Origin: an uncultured virus (IMG/VR IMGVR_UViG_3300025018_000154)
Taxonomy: Duplodnaviria; Heunggongvirae; Uroviricota; Caudoviricetes
IMG/VR virus record: IMGVR_UViG_3300025018_000154
Reading direction: 5' to 3' (one strand)
DNA: 64,000 bases
A model generated the notes under the pieces. That model worked only from the letters and a program-made list of their open reading frames with translations, had not been told where the DNA came from and ran no database searches. The translations under genes were made by a program, and so were the position numbers. Below, piece after piece: positions 10,236 to 20,983 of this stretch (position 1 is its first letter; each line of letters begins with the position of its first letter).

Positions 10236-11764
10236 AGGTCGTCCTCCCGAAGCACCTGACCGACATCGAAGCTATCGAGCTGATCCACGGGCCGCCGTTG
10301 CGGACCCTGAAGCACGAGAACTTCCGCGAATACCAAGACTGGATGAAGGACAAGATCATCGACCTCGACGCGCTGCTGCTCGGGGCCGAGATGGGCTTGG
10401 GCAAGACTGGCGCGACGCTGAAGGCGATGGTCGATCTCATGGAGACCGGCGAGGTCAAGACAGCCCTTATCATCGCCCCCCTCCGGGTCGCAGAAGAGAC
10501 ATGGCCGGAAGAGATCGCGAAGTGGGACTTCAGCCGCCACCTGCGCTACCGGATCGTCACCGGGAATCAGGCAGAGCGCATGGCCGCGCTGAAGTATGGC
10601 CCGGCCGAAGTGACCATCGTGAACCGGGAAAACCTGCTCTGGCTCTACCAGACGCTCGGCATCCGGCGGTGGCAGTTCGACATGATTGTCTATGACGAAG
10701 CCTCGCGCCTGAAGAGCGGCCGCAAGCGGTCGAAGCCGAAGCCCCGGGCGGACGGCACGATGCCTCCGAAGCGCCTGACCGAGCTGGGCGTGATCCAGCG
10801 CGCCCGGCACAAGACCAAGCGATTCGTCGAGCTATCGGGGACGCCAAGCCCGAACGGCCTGATCGACCTCTGGGGGCCGATCTACGCGCTGGACAAGGGG
10901 CAGCGCCTCGGCACGTCCATGACCAAGTTCAAGCAGCGGTGGTTCCGGGAGAACCCGTGGACCCGGCGCATGGAGCCCTTCGATCACTCCGAGAAGGAGA
11001 TCATGGGGGCGATCAAGGACGTGTTCTTCAGCCTCCGGGAAGAGGACTACCTGAAGCTCCCCCCGCTGACGCCGAGGGACCACTACGTCCAGCTCCCGAA
11101 GAAGGCCATGAAGCTCTATCACGAGCTGGAAGAAGAGATGGCAATCGACGTGCGGAACCGGGCTGGCGATCCCGAGGTCATCCGCGCAGTGAACAACGGC
11201 GTCCTGACCGGCAAGCTGCTTCAGCTCGCGAACGGATCGCTCTACCTCGGGGACAAGTTCGACGAAGAGACGGATCGAAAGCTCCCCCGGGAATCGGTCT
11301 TCGTCCACGACGAAAAGCTGAAGGTCTTGGAGTCGATCATGGAAGAGGCTATGGGTCAGCCTGTCCTCGTCGCCTACTCCTTCCAGTTCGACAAGGCGGC
11401 AATCCTGAAGAAGTTCCCCTACTGCCGGGTCTTCGGTGACAGCCCCAACGACATGCGCGACTGGAACGCAGGCAAGATCAGGATGCTCTTGACGCACCCT
11501 GCGAGCGCCGGTCATGGTTTGAACTTCCAGTTCGGCTCGAACATCGCGGTCTGGTATGGCCTGACGTGGAGCCTTGAACTCTACCGGCAGTTCGTGAAGC
11601 GCCTGCACCGCTCGGGGCAAGAGCGAGAGAAGGTCTTCCTCCACCGGATCATGGCGAAGGGGACCGTGGACGAAACCATGCTCCCGGCGCTGATCGCTCG
11701 CGGGCAGACACAAGACGGAATCAGCGACCACGTGCGCGTGAGATTGAATAGGATGGCGGCATGA
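10217..11764 (+). CDS. SNF2-family (SF2) helicase
   Basis: EMGLGKT, DEAS, LSGTP, HGLNFQ, RLHRSGQ; start may be TTG 10232. Confidence 0.9.
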   Translation: MEGLGLKVVLPKHLTDIEAIELIHGPPLRTLKHENFREYQDWMKDKIIDLDALLLGAEMGLGKTGATLKAMVDLMETGEVKTALIIAPLRVAEETWPEEIAKWDFSRHLRYRIVTGNQAERMAALKYGPAEVTIVNRENLLWLYQTLGIRRWQFDMIVYDEASRLKSGRKRSKPKPRADGTMPPKRLTELGVIQRARHKTKRFVELSGTPSPNGLIDLWGPIYALDKGQRLGTSMTKFKQRWFRENPWTRRMEPFDHSEKEIMGAIKDVFFSLREEDYLKLPPLTPRDHYVQLPKKAMKLYHELEEEMAIDVRNRAGDPEVIRAVNNGVLTGKLLQLANGSLYLGDKFDEETDRKLPRESVFVHDEKLKVLESIMEEAMGQPVLVAYSFQFDKAAILKKFPYCRVFGDSPNDMRDWNAGKIRMLLTHPASAGHGLNFQFGSNIAVWYGLTWSLELYRQFVKRLHRSGQEREKVFLHRIMAKGTVDETMLPALIARGQTQDGISDHVRVRLNRMAA

Positions 11765-12447
11765 ACGACGACGTGGACACAAGGCTTTCCCGCCTGACCG
11801 AGACCAAGAGGCAGATGCCCGCGACTGGCGGCCTCTACGCGGACCCCCTCAACCGGGGCGTCTCGGTGGCGTGGCTCGCCCACGTCTTTCGGATGGAGCA
11901 GGCGGCGGTAAAGCGGAAGCTGGGAAATTGCCCGGTCAAGACCCAGCGCCGCCGGGGCGACAAGATGACGACCGTGCTCTACGACCTCCCGACGGCGGCC
12001 GCGTTCCTCGTGACGCCCGCGTTCTCGACGGCCGAGTATATGCGGGCGGTGCGGCGGGGCGATCTGCCCCCGGCTCTCCAACAAACGATCTGGGACGCGC
12101 TGTTGAAGCGGCAGAAGTGGGAAGAGAACGCTGGTCAGCTCTGGCGGACGGAGAAGATCAGGACCGTGCTCGGCTCCACCTTCCAGACGATCAAGTTCAC
12201 CATGCAGCTCTGGATCGACACACTCGAAAGGCAGGTCGAGGTCTCCGACGAGCAGCGCGAGATCATCGTCAGTCTGGTGGACGGGCTTCAGGCGGAACTC
12301 TATGACGCCCTGATACAGCAGATGAACGAGAACGCCACCGGGCCGCAGCTCGAAGAGATGGACGAGCTGGTGGGTGAGAGCGGGACGGTCGGGGAGACCA
12401 TCGCCCGGGTTGAAAGTGAAGATGACGAGATCGAGCAACTGATATGA
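11761..12447 (+). CDS. terS: Terminase small subunit (DUF1441/Nu1-like)
   Basis: N-terminal wHTH-like VSVAWLAHVF..YDL; directly upstream of terL. Confidence 0.75.
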   Translation: MNDDVDTRLSRLTETKRQMPATGGLYADPLNRGVSVAWLAHVFRMEQAAVKRKLGNCPVKTQRRRGDKMTTVLYDLPTAAAFLVTPAFSTAEYMRAVRRGDLPPALQQTIWDALLKRQKWEENAGQLWRTEKIRTVLGSTFQTIKFTMQLWIDTLERQVEVSDEQREIIVSLVDGLQAELYDALIQQMNENATGPQLEEMDELVGESGTVGETIARVESEDDEIEQLI

Positions 12448-14621
12448 AGATCGCTGGCCGCCGAGAGCTGAAGGGGAAACCCGCCGGGATGAATACGCTG
12501 GAATCCCTGATCGTGGATTCCGCTGCGGCCGCGCGTCCACCCGAACGCCTGACGGTTTCGCAGGCGGCCGAGAAATACCGCCAGATCAACAACCCCGGGG
12601 CCTACGTCGGCCCGTGGGAAAACGACACGACGCCCTACCTCGTCGAGCCGATGAACGAGCTGCAATCGTTGCTCTATGACAGCATGGTATTCGCCGGTCC
12701 CGCGCAGTGCGGGAAGACGGACATGGCGCTCAACTGGATCGGATACAGCGCGGTCAGCGACCCGGCCGACATGATGGTGATCCAGACCTCGAACGTGACG
12801 GCCCGCGACTTCTCGATGCGCCGGATCGACCGTCTGCACCGCCATAGCCGCGCCATCGGGGAGAAGCTGGTGCCCGGCAAGGCGGCCGACAACACCTTCG
12901 ACAAGCACTACCGCTCCGGGATGCTCCTGACGCTCTCGTGGCCCACGATCAACGAACTCTCGGGCAAGCCCATCCCGCGCCTCTGGCTGACGGACTATGA
13001 CCGGATGCCCGAAGACGTGGACGGCGAGGGCAACGCCTTCGACCTTGCCCGGAAGCGCGCGACGACCTTCAGGCGCTACGCCATGTGCGCGGCCGAGTCC
13101 TCGCCCGGCTACGCGGTGGAGAACCCGAAGTGGGTGCGCAAGACCCGGCATGAGGCCCCGCCGACGCGCGGCATCCTCGCCCTCTATAATCGTGGCGACC
13201 GGCGGCGCTGGTATTGGCGCTGCGTCGAGTGCCACAACGCCTTCGAGCCCTCCTTCGAGCTGCTGGACTGGCCCGACTCCGAGGACATCATGGAAGCGGC
13301 CGAGGGCGTCACTCTGGTCTGCCCTCACTGCAACCACCGCTACCACCACGACCCCGGCCACGGCCCCGGCAAGCACGAGATGAACCGCTCCGGCAAGTGG
13401 ATCAAGGACGGCCAGCTCTGGACGCCCGAGGGTCTGATCGTCGGGACGGCATCGCGCTCGTCCACGGCCTCGTTCTGGCTGAAGGGGGTCGCGGCCGCGT
13501 TCTCTGACTGGAAGACGCTCGTGCATCGCCACCTGACGGCCGAGGCGGAATACGAGAGCACCGGGTCAGAGGAAGCCCTGAAGGCGACGGTCAACACGGA
13601 TCAGGGGGAAGCCTACACCCCCAAGAGCCTTGCGAACGACCGGGTGCCGGAAGCGATCAAGGCCCGGGCTCGCGATCTGGGCGACCGGGTTGTTCCGGTC
13701 GGCGTCCGGTTCTTGGTCGCCTCAATCGACGTGCAGAAGAACCGCTTCGTCGTGCAGGTTCACGGGATCGCGGCCAACGGCGACATCTACGTGATCGACC
13801 GCTTCGAGATTCGGCACTCCAAGCGCCCGGACCCGGAGCGCGAGGATCAGGTGCTTTGGGTGAATCCCGGGGCCTATCCCGAGGACTGGAAGCTGGTGGC
13901 CGAGCAGGTGATCCAGAAGAGCTACGAGCTGGGCGACGGCTCGGGGCGCAGGATGGCGATTCGCTTCACCGTCTGCGACTCTGGCGGTAAAGAGGGCGTC
14001 ACGGCGAACGCCTATGACTTCGTGCGCTGGCTCCGGCACGGCGACCCCGTGGGCGAAGACGGCAAGCCCCTCCCGACCGAGGACCAAGGCGAGTATGAGT
14101 GGCAGCACGGCATGGCTGGGCGGTTCACTCTGCTGAAGGGTGCCTCGACCAAGAACGCCCCCCGGGTGAAGATCGACTTCCCTGATTCCCAAAGAAAAGA
14201 CCGACATGCAGGCGCACGCGGGGAAATCCCGGTGCTCTTCATCAACACGAACTTGGTCAAGGATATGGTCGATCACCGGCTAGATCGCACGGAGCCCGGC
14301 GGCCGGTTCGTGTTCCCGAATTGGCTGGGCGACAACTTCTATACCGAGCTGACGGTCGAGGTCAAAGACCCGAACAAGGGCTGGCTCAACCCCAAGAGAT
14401 ACCGCAACGAAAGCTGGGACTTGCTCGCTTACTGCATGGCGGCTACTCTGACACCGACGATCAACCTTGAACGGCTCGACCTCGTAGGGGAACCTCCGCT
14501 CTGGGCTGCTGAATGGGACGAGAACGATCTGGTATTTGACCCGGTTGTGAACGATAAGCCCTTTGACGCGGAACAGAAGACCCGGCGCTCGTTCAAAGAC
14601 CTTGCAGGGAGCCTCGCATGA
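12444..14621 (+). CDS. terL: Terminase large subunit, lambda GpA family
   Basis: TPYLVEPM, GPAQCGKT, LTDYDR, CVEC/CPHC zinc motif, IDVQKNR, RNESWDLLAY. Confidence 0.93.
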   Translation: MKIAGRRELKGKPAGMNTLESLIVDSAAAARPPERLTVSQAAEKYRQINNPGAYVGPWENDTTPYLVEPMNELQSLLYDSMVFAGPAQCGKTDMALNWIGYSAVSDPADMMVIQTSNVTARDFSMRRIDRLHRHSRAIGEKLVPGKAADNTFDKHYRSGMLLTLSWPTINELSGKPIPRLWLTDYDRMPEDVDGEGNAFDLARKRATTFRRYAMCAAESSPGYAVENPKWVRKTRHEAPPTRGILALYNRGDRRRWYWRCVECHNAFEPSFELLDWPDSEDIMEAAEGVTLVCPHCNHRYHHDPGHGPGKHEMNRSGKWIKDGQLWTPEGLIVGTASRSSTASFWLKGVAAAFSDWKTLVHRHLTAEAEYESTGSEEALKATVNTDQGEAYTPKSLANDRVPEAIKARARDLGDRVVPVGVRFLVASIDVQKNRFVVQVHGIAANGDIYVIDRFEIRHSKRPDPEREDQVLWVNPGAYPEDWKLVAEQVIQKSYELGDGSGRRMAIRFTVCDSGGKEGVTANAYDFVRWLRHGDPVGEDGKPLPTEDQGEYEWQHGMAGRFTLLKGASTKNAPRVKIDFPDSQRKDRHAGARGEIPVLFINTNLVKDMVDHRLDRTEPGGRFVFPNWLGDNFYTELTVEVKDPNKGWLNPKRYRNESWDLLAYCMAATLTPTINLERLDLVGEPPLWAAEWDENDLVFDPVVNDKPFDAEQKTRRSFKDLAGSLA

Positions 14622-14854
14622 ACCTTACTACCGAACAGCGGACCCTCTACGAAACGCGCCTCGCGGACGCAGAGACAGCATATCACGACCTGCGCCTCGG
14701 CAAGCAAGCCCGGGTCTTCGTTGACCAGAACGGCGAGCGTGTGGAGTTCGCGGTTGCCAATGCAGGTCGTCTTCAGGCATACATCACGGAACTGAAGTCC
14801 CTTCTCGGCAAGCCGACGGGGATCACCGGGCCGTTGAACGCATGGATGCTCTGA
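14618..14854 (+). CDS. Head-tail joining protein, gpW-like
   Basis: AYHDLRLGKQ..DQNGERVEF; between terL and portal. Confidence 0.85.
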   Translation: MNLTTEQRTLYETRLADAETAYHDLRLGKQARVFVDQNGERVEFAVANAGRLQAYITELKSLLGKPTGITGPLNAWML

Positions 14855-14855
14855 C

Positions 14856-16550
14856 ATGGAAGACTTGACCACGCACGAGCTGCGGGAAATTGACAGCCTA
14901 GTCGGATCGCCCCTGCCGGTTTCTGCCGCGCTGGGGCGTGGCGGTTATGACGGCGCAGCCCGCATGGACAAGCAGATCGCAGGATGGCGGCCCGCGCTTC
15001 AGTCGGCAGACCTCGACATGCTCCCGGACAAGGACACGCTGGACGCACGAGCGCGCGACCTCGGCCGGAATGACGGCTACGTCCAAGGTGGGGCGCAGCT
15101 CCACAAGGACTCCATCGTCGGGGCCTTCTACATGCTCAACTCGAAGCCCTCGTGGGCCGTGCTGGGCAAGGATGAAGAGTGGGCCGAGGCTTTTCAGGAA
15201 GAGGTCGAGCAGAAGTTCACCCTCTGGGCCGAGAGCCCGCAGAATTGGGTGGACGCTTCCCGGCAGAATGACTTCACCGGCTTGATCCGGTTGGCCGTGG
15301 GCGTGACCGTCTTCGGTGGCGAGGTTCTGGCGACGGTCGAGTGGCCGAAGCAGCAGGCCCGGGAGTTCAACACGGCGATCCAGATGATCGACCCTGACCG
15401 ACTCTCGACGCCGACCACCATGCAGTTCGATTCGCGCATCCGTGGCGGGATCAAGAAAGACCCCTACGGTGCTCCGATCTCCGCGTTCATCCGCACCCGG
15501 CACCCAGCCGACTACCACTTCCCCTACGGCTCGGCCGGAAGCATGGAGCAGTGGTGGAAGGAAGTGCCGTGGCGCAAGCCTTGGGGCCGTGCGCAGGTTC
15601 TCTACTTCCGGGAGCAGAAGCGCGTGGACCAGACCCGGGCCGTGGCCGACATGGCTGCCGGTCTCCGGGAGATTGCGATAACCCGCAAGTTCCGGGACGT
15701 GACGCTTCAGAAGGCCGTCCTCGCGGCGACCTACGCAGCCACCATCGAATCGGAGCTGCCCGCGCAGGCGGTCTACGAACAGCTCGGGGCTGGCGGCGGC
15801 GGGCAGGGGTCGTTTGGCTCCGGTGCGGTGGACTACGCCTCGCACTTCCTCGAAGCCGTCAACGAGTATGTCGGGGCCTCGAAGAACATGCTGATCGACG
15901 GGGTGAAAATCCCGCACCTGTTCCCGGGCACCAAGCTCAACTTCCAGAACGCCGGGGCTCCGCAGGGCGTCGGTCAGGACTTCGAGCAATCGCTGCTGCG
16001 CTACGTCGCGGTCTCGCTCGGCGTGTCCTACGAGGAACTATCCAAGGACTACACCAAGACGAACTACTCGTCCGCCCGGGCGGCGATGTCGAACACGTGG
16101 AAGTTCATGCAGTCCCGGAAGCGGATCATCGCGGACGCGATGGCGAACTCGATCTACCGGCTCTGGCTGGAAGAGGCGATCAACAAGGACATGCTCACGA
16201 CTTTCCCTGCGTCCGAGGCTGACAAGCTCTACACCAACGGCTACCAGAACCTCATGTTCGACGCGCTGGCGGAAGCGGACTGGATCGGCGCGGCGCGCGG
16301 CCAGATCGACGAGCTGAAAGAAACACAAGCGGCCGTGTTGCGGATCAAGTATGGTCTCTCCACGCACGAGGACGAACTTGCACGGCTCGGCAAAGACTGG
16401 CGCAAGACTTACGCCCAGCTCGAACGCGAGAAGAAGGAGCGGGAGCTGCGCAACATCGAGCTTCAGGAAGACAACAGCGTCAACGCCGCCTCCGGGACTC
16501 CGCGAGAGCAGGAAGACGACGGAACGGAGGGCCAAGATGCCGACGAATAA
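14856..16550 (+). CDS. Portal protein, lambda family
   Basis: RARDLGRND, DYTKTNYSSAR, QIDELKE. Confidence 0.92.
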   Translation: MEDLTTHELREIDSLVGSPLPVSAALGRGGYDGAARMDKQIAGWRPALQSADLDMLPDKDTLDARARDLGRNDGYVQGGAQLHKDSIVGAFYMLNSKPSWAVLGKDEEWAEAFQEEVEQKFTLWAESPQNWVDASRQNDFTGLIRLAVGVTVFGGEVLATVEWPKQQAREFNTAIQMIDPDRLSTPTTMQFDSRIRGGIKKDPYGAPISAFIRTRHPADYHFPYGSAGSMEQWWKEVPWRKPWGRAQVLYFREQKRVDQTRAVADMAAGLREIAITRKFRDVTLQKAVLAATYAATIESELPAQAVYEQLGAGGGGQGSFGSGAVDYASHFLEAVNEYVGASKNMLIDGVKIPHLFPGTKLNFQNAGAPQGVGQDFEQSLLRYVAVSLGVSYEELSKDYTKTNYSSARAAMSNTWKFMQSRKRIIADAMANSIYRLWLEEAINKDMLTTFPASEADKLYTNGYQNLMFDALAEADWIGAARGQIDELKETQAAVLRIKYGLSTHEDELARLGKDWRKTYAQLEREKKERELRNIELQEDNSVNAASGTPREQEDDGTEGQDADE

Positions 16551-17850
16551 CCTTCACCCGCTGGCGCAAGCCTTCTCCGGGGAGCCACTGCTGATCGAGC
16601 CTGCCAAGGTCGATGTCATCGCCTCGACGATCCAGTATCTCTCGACGGACCCGGACGCGGCCAAGCTGCTCAACGAGGGTATGTCGGCCGCGTCCATGCA
16701 GGCAGACGAGTTCTGGGGCCGGGACGAACACCCCTACCGCCCCTACGTCGTCCACAACGGCGTGCTTCAGATTCCGGTGCAAGGCACGCTCCTGAATCGC
16801 TTCAGCTACCAGTTCGGCCGCTGGGCGACCGGCTACAAGTATATCGAGATGGCGCTGGCCCGGGGCGTTGCCGACCCGCAGGTGAAAGCCATTGCCCTGA
16901 TCTGCGACAGCCCCGGCGGCGAGGTTGCGGGCTGCTTCGAGCTGGCCGACAAGATTTACGAGGCCCGGCAGGAAAAGCCGATCCGGGCGTTCGCAGCGGA
17001 TCACGCCTACTCTGCGGCCTATGCGCTCGCCAGCTCGGCAACCGATGTCGTCGTCACGCGCTCGGGAGGCACCGGCTCGGTCGGCGTCGTCACCGCGCAT
17101 ATCGACGTGTCCGGTGCGATGGAACGCATGGGAATCAAGATGACCCTGATCTACGCCGGGAAACATAAGGTTGACGGCAATGCCTACGAGAAGTTGCCTG
17201 ATTCGGTAAAAGACCGTATTCAGGGGAGAATCGACAAAATCTACGGTTCGTTCACGGGAATGGTTGCCCGGAACCGTGGGATCGAGGGTAAAGATGTCAG
17301 AGCCACCGAGGCTTTGACTTACGACGCGCAGGACTCCACGGCGCAGGGTTTTGCGGATAGGATCGGGGCGCTTGACGAAGAGATGGTCATCTTCACGCAA
17401 GAAGTGGCCGAAGCAGAGGATGAACAAATGAGCTTCACGCAGGAACAGATGGACGCAGCGATCTCGGCCGCAAAGGCTGAAGGACATGCGGCCGGGTTGG
17501 CCGAGGGCAAGTCCCAAGGCACCAATGACGGCGTGACCGCAGAGCGCGAGCGCGTGACTGCGATCATGGGCTCGGACGAGGCGAAGAAGCGCCCGGCCGC
17601 AGCGCAGATGATGGTCGATCTCGGCGTCCCCGCCGACAAGGCCAGCGAACAGCTCGCGAAGCTGCCGGAAGAAGCCGTGGCCCCCAAAGGCGACGCTCCC
17701 AAGGGCCAGCAGAAGTCGGGCTTCGAGCGTGCGATGGAGACGGGCAACCCGAACGTCGGCGCAGAAACCGGCGACGAAGGGAACGACCAGATGTCGATCC
17801 CGGACTCGATCTTCGCCTCGGCGGGCTACGCCCCGGCGAAGACCAACTGA
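16537..17850 (+). CDS. S49 prohead protease with C-terminal scaffold (lambda C/Nu3-like)
   Basis: DSPGGEV, AYSAAYALAS, GSVGV, AGKHKVDG; start at MPTNN. Confidence 0.9.
   Translation: MPTNNLHPLAQAFSGEPLLIEPAKVDVIASTIQYLSTDPDAAKLLNEGMSAASMQADEFWGRDEHPYRPYVVHNGVLQIPVQGTLLNRFSYQFGRWATGYKYIEMALARGVADPQVKAIALICDSPGGEVAGCFELADKIYEARQEKPIRAFAADHAYSAAYALASSATDVVVTRSGGTGSVGVVTAHIDVSGAMERMGIKMTLIYAGKHKVDGNAYEKLPDSVKDRIQGRIDKIYGSFTGMVARNRGIEGKDVRATEALTYDAQDSTAQGFADRIGALDEEMVIFTQEVAEAEDEQMSFTQEQMDAAISAAKAEGHAAGLAEGKSQGTNDGVTAERERVTAIMGSDEAKKRPAAAQMMVDLGVPADKASEQLAKLPEEAVAPKGDAPKGQQKSGFERAMETGNPNVGAETGDEGNDQMSIPDSIFASAGYAPAKTN
17428..17850 (+). CDS. Putative in-frame nested scaffolding protein
   Basis: Internal GAGGA RBS before in-frame ATG 17428 (MSFTQEQ); analogous to lambda Nu3. 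Confidence 0.55.
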   Translation: MSFTQEQMDAAISAAKAEGHAAGLAEGKSQGTNDGVTAERERVTAIMGSDEAKKRPAAAQMMVDLGVPADKASEQLAKLPEEAVAPKGDAPKGQQKSGFERAMETGNPNVGAETGDEGNDQMSIPDSIFASAGYAPAKTN

Positions 17851-17911
17851 TCTTTCCCCCGGCGACCCCATAGGGGCGTCATGCAACCCCAAGCCAAAGA
17901 GGTAATCCAAC

Positions 17912-18361
17912 ATGGCTACGATTAACCCGAAGAACGGCGACCTCACGGCTGGCGTCGCCGGTCAGTCTTCCGACATCATCAACGCCAGCCCCGATCCGCT
18001 GGTCACTGGCGACACCCCGGCCCTCTACACCGAGGCCCTTCCGGTCGCCGCCGGCATGGACCTCGCAGCTCGCGAAGTCGTGGGCTTCGACGGTGGTGGC
18101 AACATCATCCCTGCTGTTCTGGATGCGGTCACCCCCGCGAACGACGTGCAGGCCATCGGCTTCGTGATGTATGCCATCGACACGACTGGCGAAGCAGCCG
18201 GTGCGGTCGAAGTCGAAGTCGTCCGAGGCGGCGTCTTCAACCCTGACCTTCTGGTCTGGGAGGCGGGCTTCAGCACTGACGCCCTCCGTCGCGCAGCGTT
18301 CCGTGGGGCTCCCACCCCGACGAACATCATCATCCGCAAACCCACGACCATGACGGTCTGA
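17912..18361 (+). CDS. Head decoration protein, gpD-like
   Basis: GVFNPDLLVW motif; between protease and capsid genes. Confidence 0.8.
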   Translation: MATINPKNGDLTAGVAGQSSDIINASPDPLVTGDTPALYTEALPVAAGMDLAAREVVGFDGGGNIIPAVLDAVTPANDVQAIGFVMYAIDTTGEAAGAVEVEVVRGGVFNPDLLVWEAGFSTDALRRAAFRGAPTPTNIIIRKPTTMTV

Positions 18362-18404
18362 TCCCAGACCCGGAAGTCATAGACAGAAAGGAAGAGAGAC
18401 CGAC

Positions 18405-19490
18405 ATGGCCCTCGATATTTACACCCCCCTTGATCTCTACCGGGTCATGTTTGACCCGCGCCAGACGATCAAGACGAGCCAGTGGCTCGAAATGTTCTTC
18501 CCGAACTCGTTCTTCTCCACGCAGGAGCAGATCGCGTTCTCGAAGATCAACGCATCGCGCCCCATCGCGCCGTTCATGCTGCCGAACGAGCCCGGTAAGC
18601 CGATCTACCGTCGGGAAGGCGAACGGATCGAATCGTTCAAGCCTGCCTACACCAAGCCGAAGGACGCCATCCGCCCGAGCGAGATGCTGGCCCTTCAGCC
18701 GGGCGAACTGTCCCGCCGTCAGGCGCTTCAGTCTCCGCAGGCACGCTACAACGCCGAAGTGATCCGCATCACGAACTACCAGCGTGACGCGATCCACCGT
18801 CTCTGGGACTACATGGCCGCCAAGGTCATCCTCGACGGTCAGATCACCATCACCTACCAAGGCCCCTCCGGTGGCCCCGGGCAGCGTGTGGTTCTGGACT
18901 TCGGCCGCGACGCAGGACACACCATCACCCTCGGTGCTGGTGCTCGTTGGGGCGAAGCCGGGGTGAACGTGTTTACCTCGTGCCAGAGCTACATCGACCT
19001 CGTGGCGAACGCAGAGTTCGGCGGTTCGGTGACGGACATCATTCTCGGTTCCTCGGCTGCCGTGCCCTTCATGGCTTCCGAAGACATCGAGAAGAAGATG
19101 AACTCGGGCTACACCAACACGACTGGTGTGGACATTCAGCGTGGCCTTATCCGCACTGATCCGATGAACCCGTTCACCTACCTCGGCACGCTGGGTTCCG
19201 GTGTTCGCTGCTGGCGCTACGCAGGCCCCGGCTCGAAGCACCAGAACAACGACGGCAGCTACACCGACATCATGGACCCGCGCGACGCGCTGTTCGTGAG
19301 CCCGGCGGTGGATGGCGTCAAGGCGTTCGGCGCGATCCTCGACAACGCGGCCAACCTCGAAGTGGCGGACATCTTCACGAAGATGTGGGATCAGGAAGAC
19401 CCCAGCGCCCGCTTCATCATGAGCCAGTCCGCGCCGCTCATGATCCCGACGAACCCGAACTGCACGGCGCGCGTGCGGGTCGTCGCCTGA
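18405..19490 (+). CDS. Major capsid protein, lambda E family
   Basis: IAPF, FKPAYTKPK, WDQEDPSARFIMSQSAPL. Confidence 0.92.
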   Translation: MALDIYTPLDLYRVMFDPRQTIKTSQWLEMFFPNSFFSTQEQIAFSKINASRPIAPFMLPNEPGKPIYRREGERIESFKPAYTKPKDAIRPSEMLALQPGELSRRQALQSPQARYNAEVIRITNYQRDAIHRLWDYMAAKVILDGQITITYQGPSGGPGQRVVLDFGRDAGHTITLGAGARWGEAGVNVFTSCQSYIDLVANAEFGGSVTDIILGSSAAVPFMASEDIEKKMNSGYTNTTGVDIQRGLIRTDPMNPFTYLGTLGSGVRCWRYAGPGSKHQNNDGSYTDIMDPRDALFVSPAVDGVKAFGAILDNAANLEVADIFTKMWDQEDPSARFIMSQSAPLMIPTNPNCTARVRVVA

Positions 19491-19502
19491 TCTGAAGACT
19501 GA

Positions 19503-19530
19503 CCCAGCCCTCCCGGGGGCTGGGTTTCCA
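19503..19530 (+). terminator. Putative terminator after the capsid gene
   Basis: CCCAGCCC stem with GGGCTGGG, followed by TTT. Confidence 0.55.
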
Positions 19531-19559
19531 CCTTTCACCTGACCAACGGAGTCCCCATC

Positions 19560-19961
19560 ATGGACATGATTGCAATCACCACCATCCAACGGGCCGAGAA
19601 GCCCGGCAAGGAAGCCACCGCAACCTCGAAGGCCGTGCCCCCGAAGACCGAGACCATCTTGGCCGGTGCCTCGTTCACGGCGACTGCCGAGGAAGCCGAA
19701 GAGCTGATCGCTCTGAAGGCGGCGCGCAAGGACACGTCGAAGAAAGCGGCCAAGGCTGCCCCGGCGAAGAACACCAAGACCAGCTCGACCGCTGCGGCGA
19801 AGCAGCAGGCACAGACCGGCGAGCCCAAGGCCCCGGATGACATGACCGTGCCCGAGATCAAGGCCGAGCTGGACGAGCTGGAAGTCGAGTATGCTTCCGA
19901 CGCTCTGAAAGACGATCTGGTCAAGGCCCTGACCGACGCTCGTTCGGATTCGATGGTCTGA
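19560..19961 (+). CDS. Protein with C-terminal HeH/LEM-like domain
   Basis: DMTVPEIKAELDELEVEY..LKDDLVKAL after a Lys/Ala-rich linker. Confidence 0.7.
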   Translation: MDMIAITTIQRAEKPGKEATATSKAVPPKTETILAGASFTATAEEAEELIALKAARKDTSKKAAKAAPAKNTKTSSTAAAKQQAQTGEPKAPDDMTVPEIKAELDELEVEYASDALKDDLVKALTDARSDSMV

Positions 19962-19964
19962 TCC

Positions 19965-20363
19965 ATGTCGATCAGCCGGGTCAAGGCTACTGCACGTGCG
20001 GCGCTCCATAGCTTTATGGGGCGTCCTGCCATGTTGTATCTTGATCCGGCAGTCGAGCCCCCGGCACCTATCACCGTCCGCCACCATGAGAAGGCGGCAC
20101 TGGTGGGCGATCTGGCCGGAACGAATTTGAGCTACGCCGAGACCCACGACGACGAAGAGACCGTCGTGTTCTGGTGCGAACAGCTTGAACCCCTTGTCGG
20201 GGCCACGGCCTCCCCTCCCCGGGGCGCTCTGGTGGTCCTGTCCGCGACCGAAGGCTATTGGGTGAACAACACGCGCCTGCGCTACGGCCAGACGGTCACG
20301 GCCGAAGTTACACCGGCTTCCGAAGCTGAATTGGCGGGGAAGACCACTCCCGAGGGATCGTAG
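19965..20363 (+). CDS. Putative head-tail adaptor
   Basis: Position and size only. Confidence 0.55.
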   Translation: MSISRVKATARAALHSFMGRPAMLYLDPAVEPPAPITVRHHEKAALVGDLAGTNLSYAETHDDEETVVFWCEQLEPLVGATASPPRGALVVLSATEGYWVNNTRLRYGQTVTAEVTPASEAELAGKTTPEGS

Positions 20364-20364
20364 A

Positions 20365-20982
20365 ATGGCAGGCCAGTTCGCAGTCTTCTTGGACGGGCTG
20401 GAAGTCGATCTGCTGGAAGGTCTGGACTCGAAGAGCCGCCACACGGCCGCCGTCCGCGCGATCAACAAGGTCGCCCGGGATGCACGCGCCGAGGCAGCCC
20501 GGAAGATCAGGGATCAGGTCAATCTCCCGGCCCGGTATGTCTCCCCCTCGCAGAAGCGGTTCTATGTCTCCAAGCAGGCGCAGGGCCGCAGCCTCGAAGC
20601 TCGGATCACCGCGCAGGGCCGCGCTACGTCTCTCGCACAGTTCATCCCCGGCGGCGCGAGGAAGGGCCAGCGGGGCGTCTACGTCGAGGTCTCCCCGGGC
20701 AAAGCACGCCTCATGAAGAAGGCGTTCGTCATCCCCCTGAAGCGCGGGAACTCGTTCACCGACACGAAATACAACCTCGGCCTCGCGATCCGCCTGCGCC
20801 CCGGGGAGAGCCTTCAGAACAAGACGTTCGCCAAACGTGTCGAGAATGGGCTATACCTTCTCTACGGCCCGTCCGTGTCCCAGATTTTCCGGGCCAATGA
20901 CGGTTCTGGGGTTGCCTCCGATATGGCACCCGAGGTAGCCAATGACTTGACCGCCGAGTTCCTTAGACTGTTGGACATCTGA
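20365..20982 (+). CDS. Neck or tail completion protein (lambda Z-like)
   Basis: Basic; RAINKVA, LYGPSVSQIF; synteny. Confidence 0.7.
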   Translation: MAGQFAVFLDGLEVDLLEGLDSKSRHTAAVRAINKVARDARAEAARKIRDQVNLPARYVSPSQKRFYVSKQAQGRSLEARITAQGRATSLAQFIPGGARKGQRGVYVEVSPGKARLMKKAFVIPLKRGNSFTDTKYNLGLAIRLRPGESLQNKTFAKRVENGLYLLYGPSVSQIFRANDGSGVASDMAPEVANDLTAEFLRLLDI

Positions 20983-20983
20983 T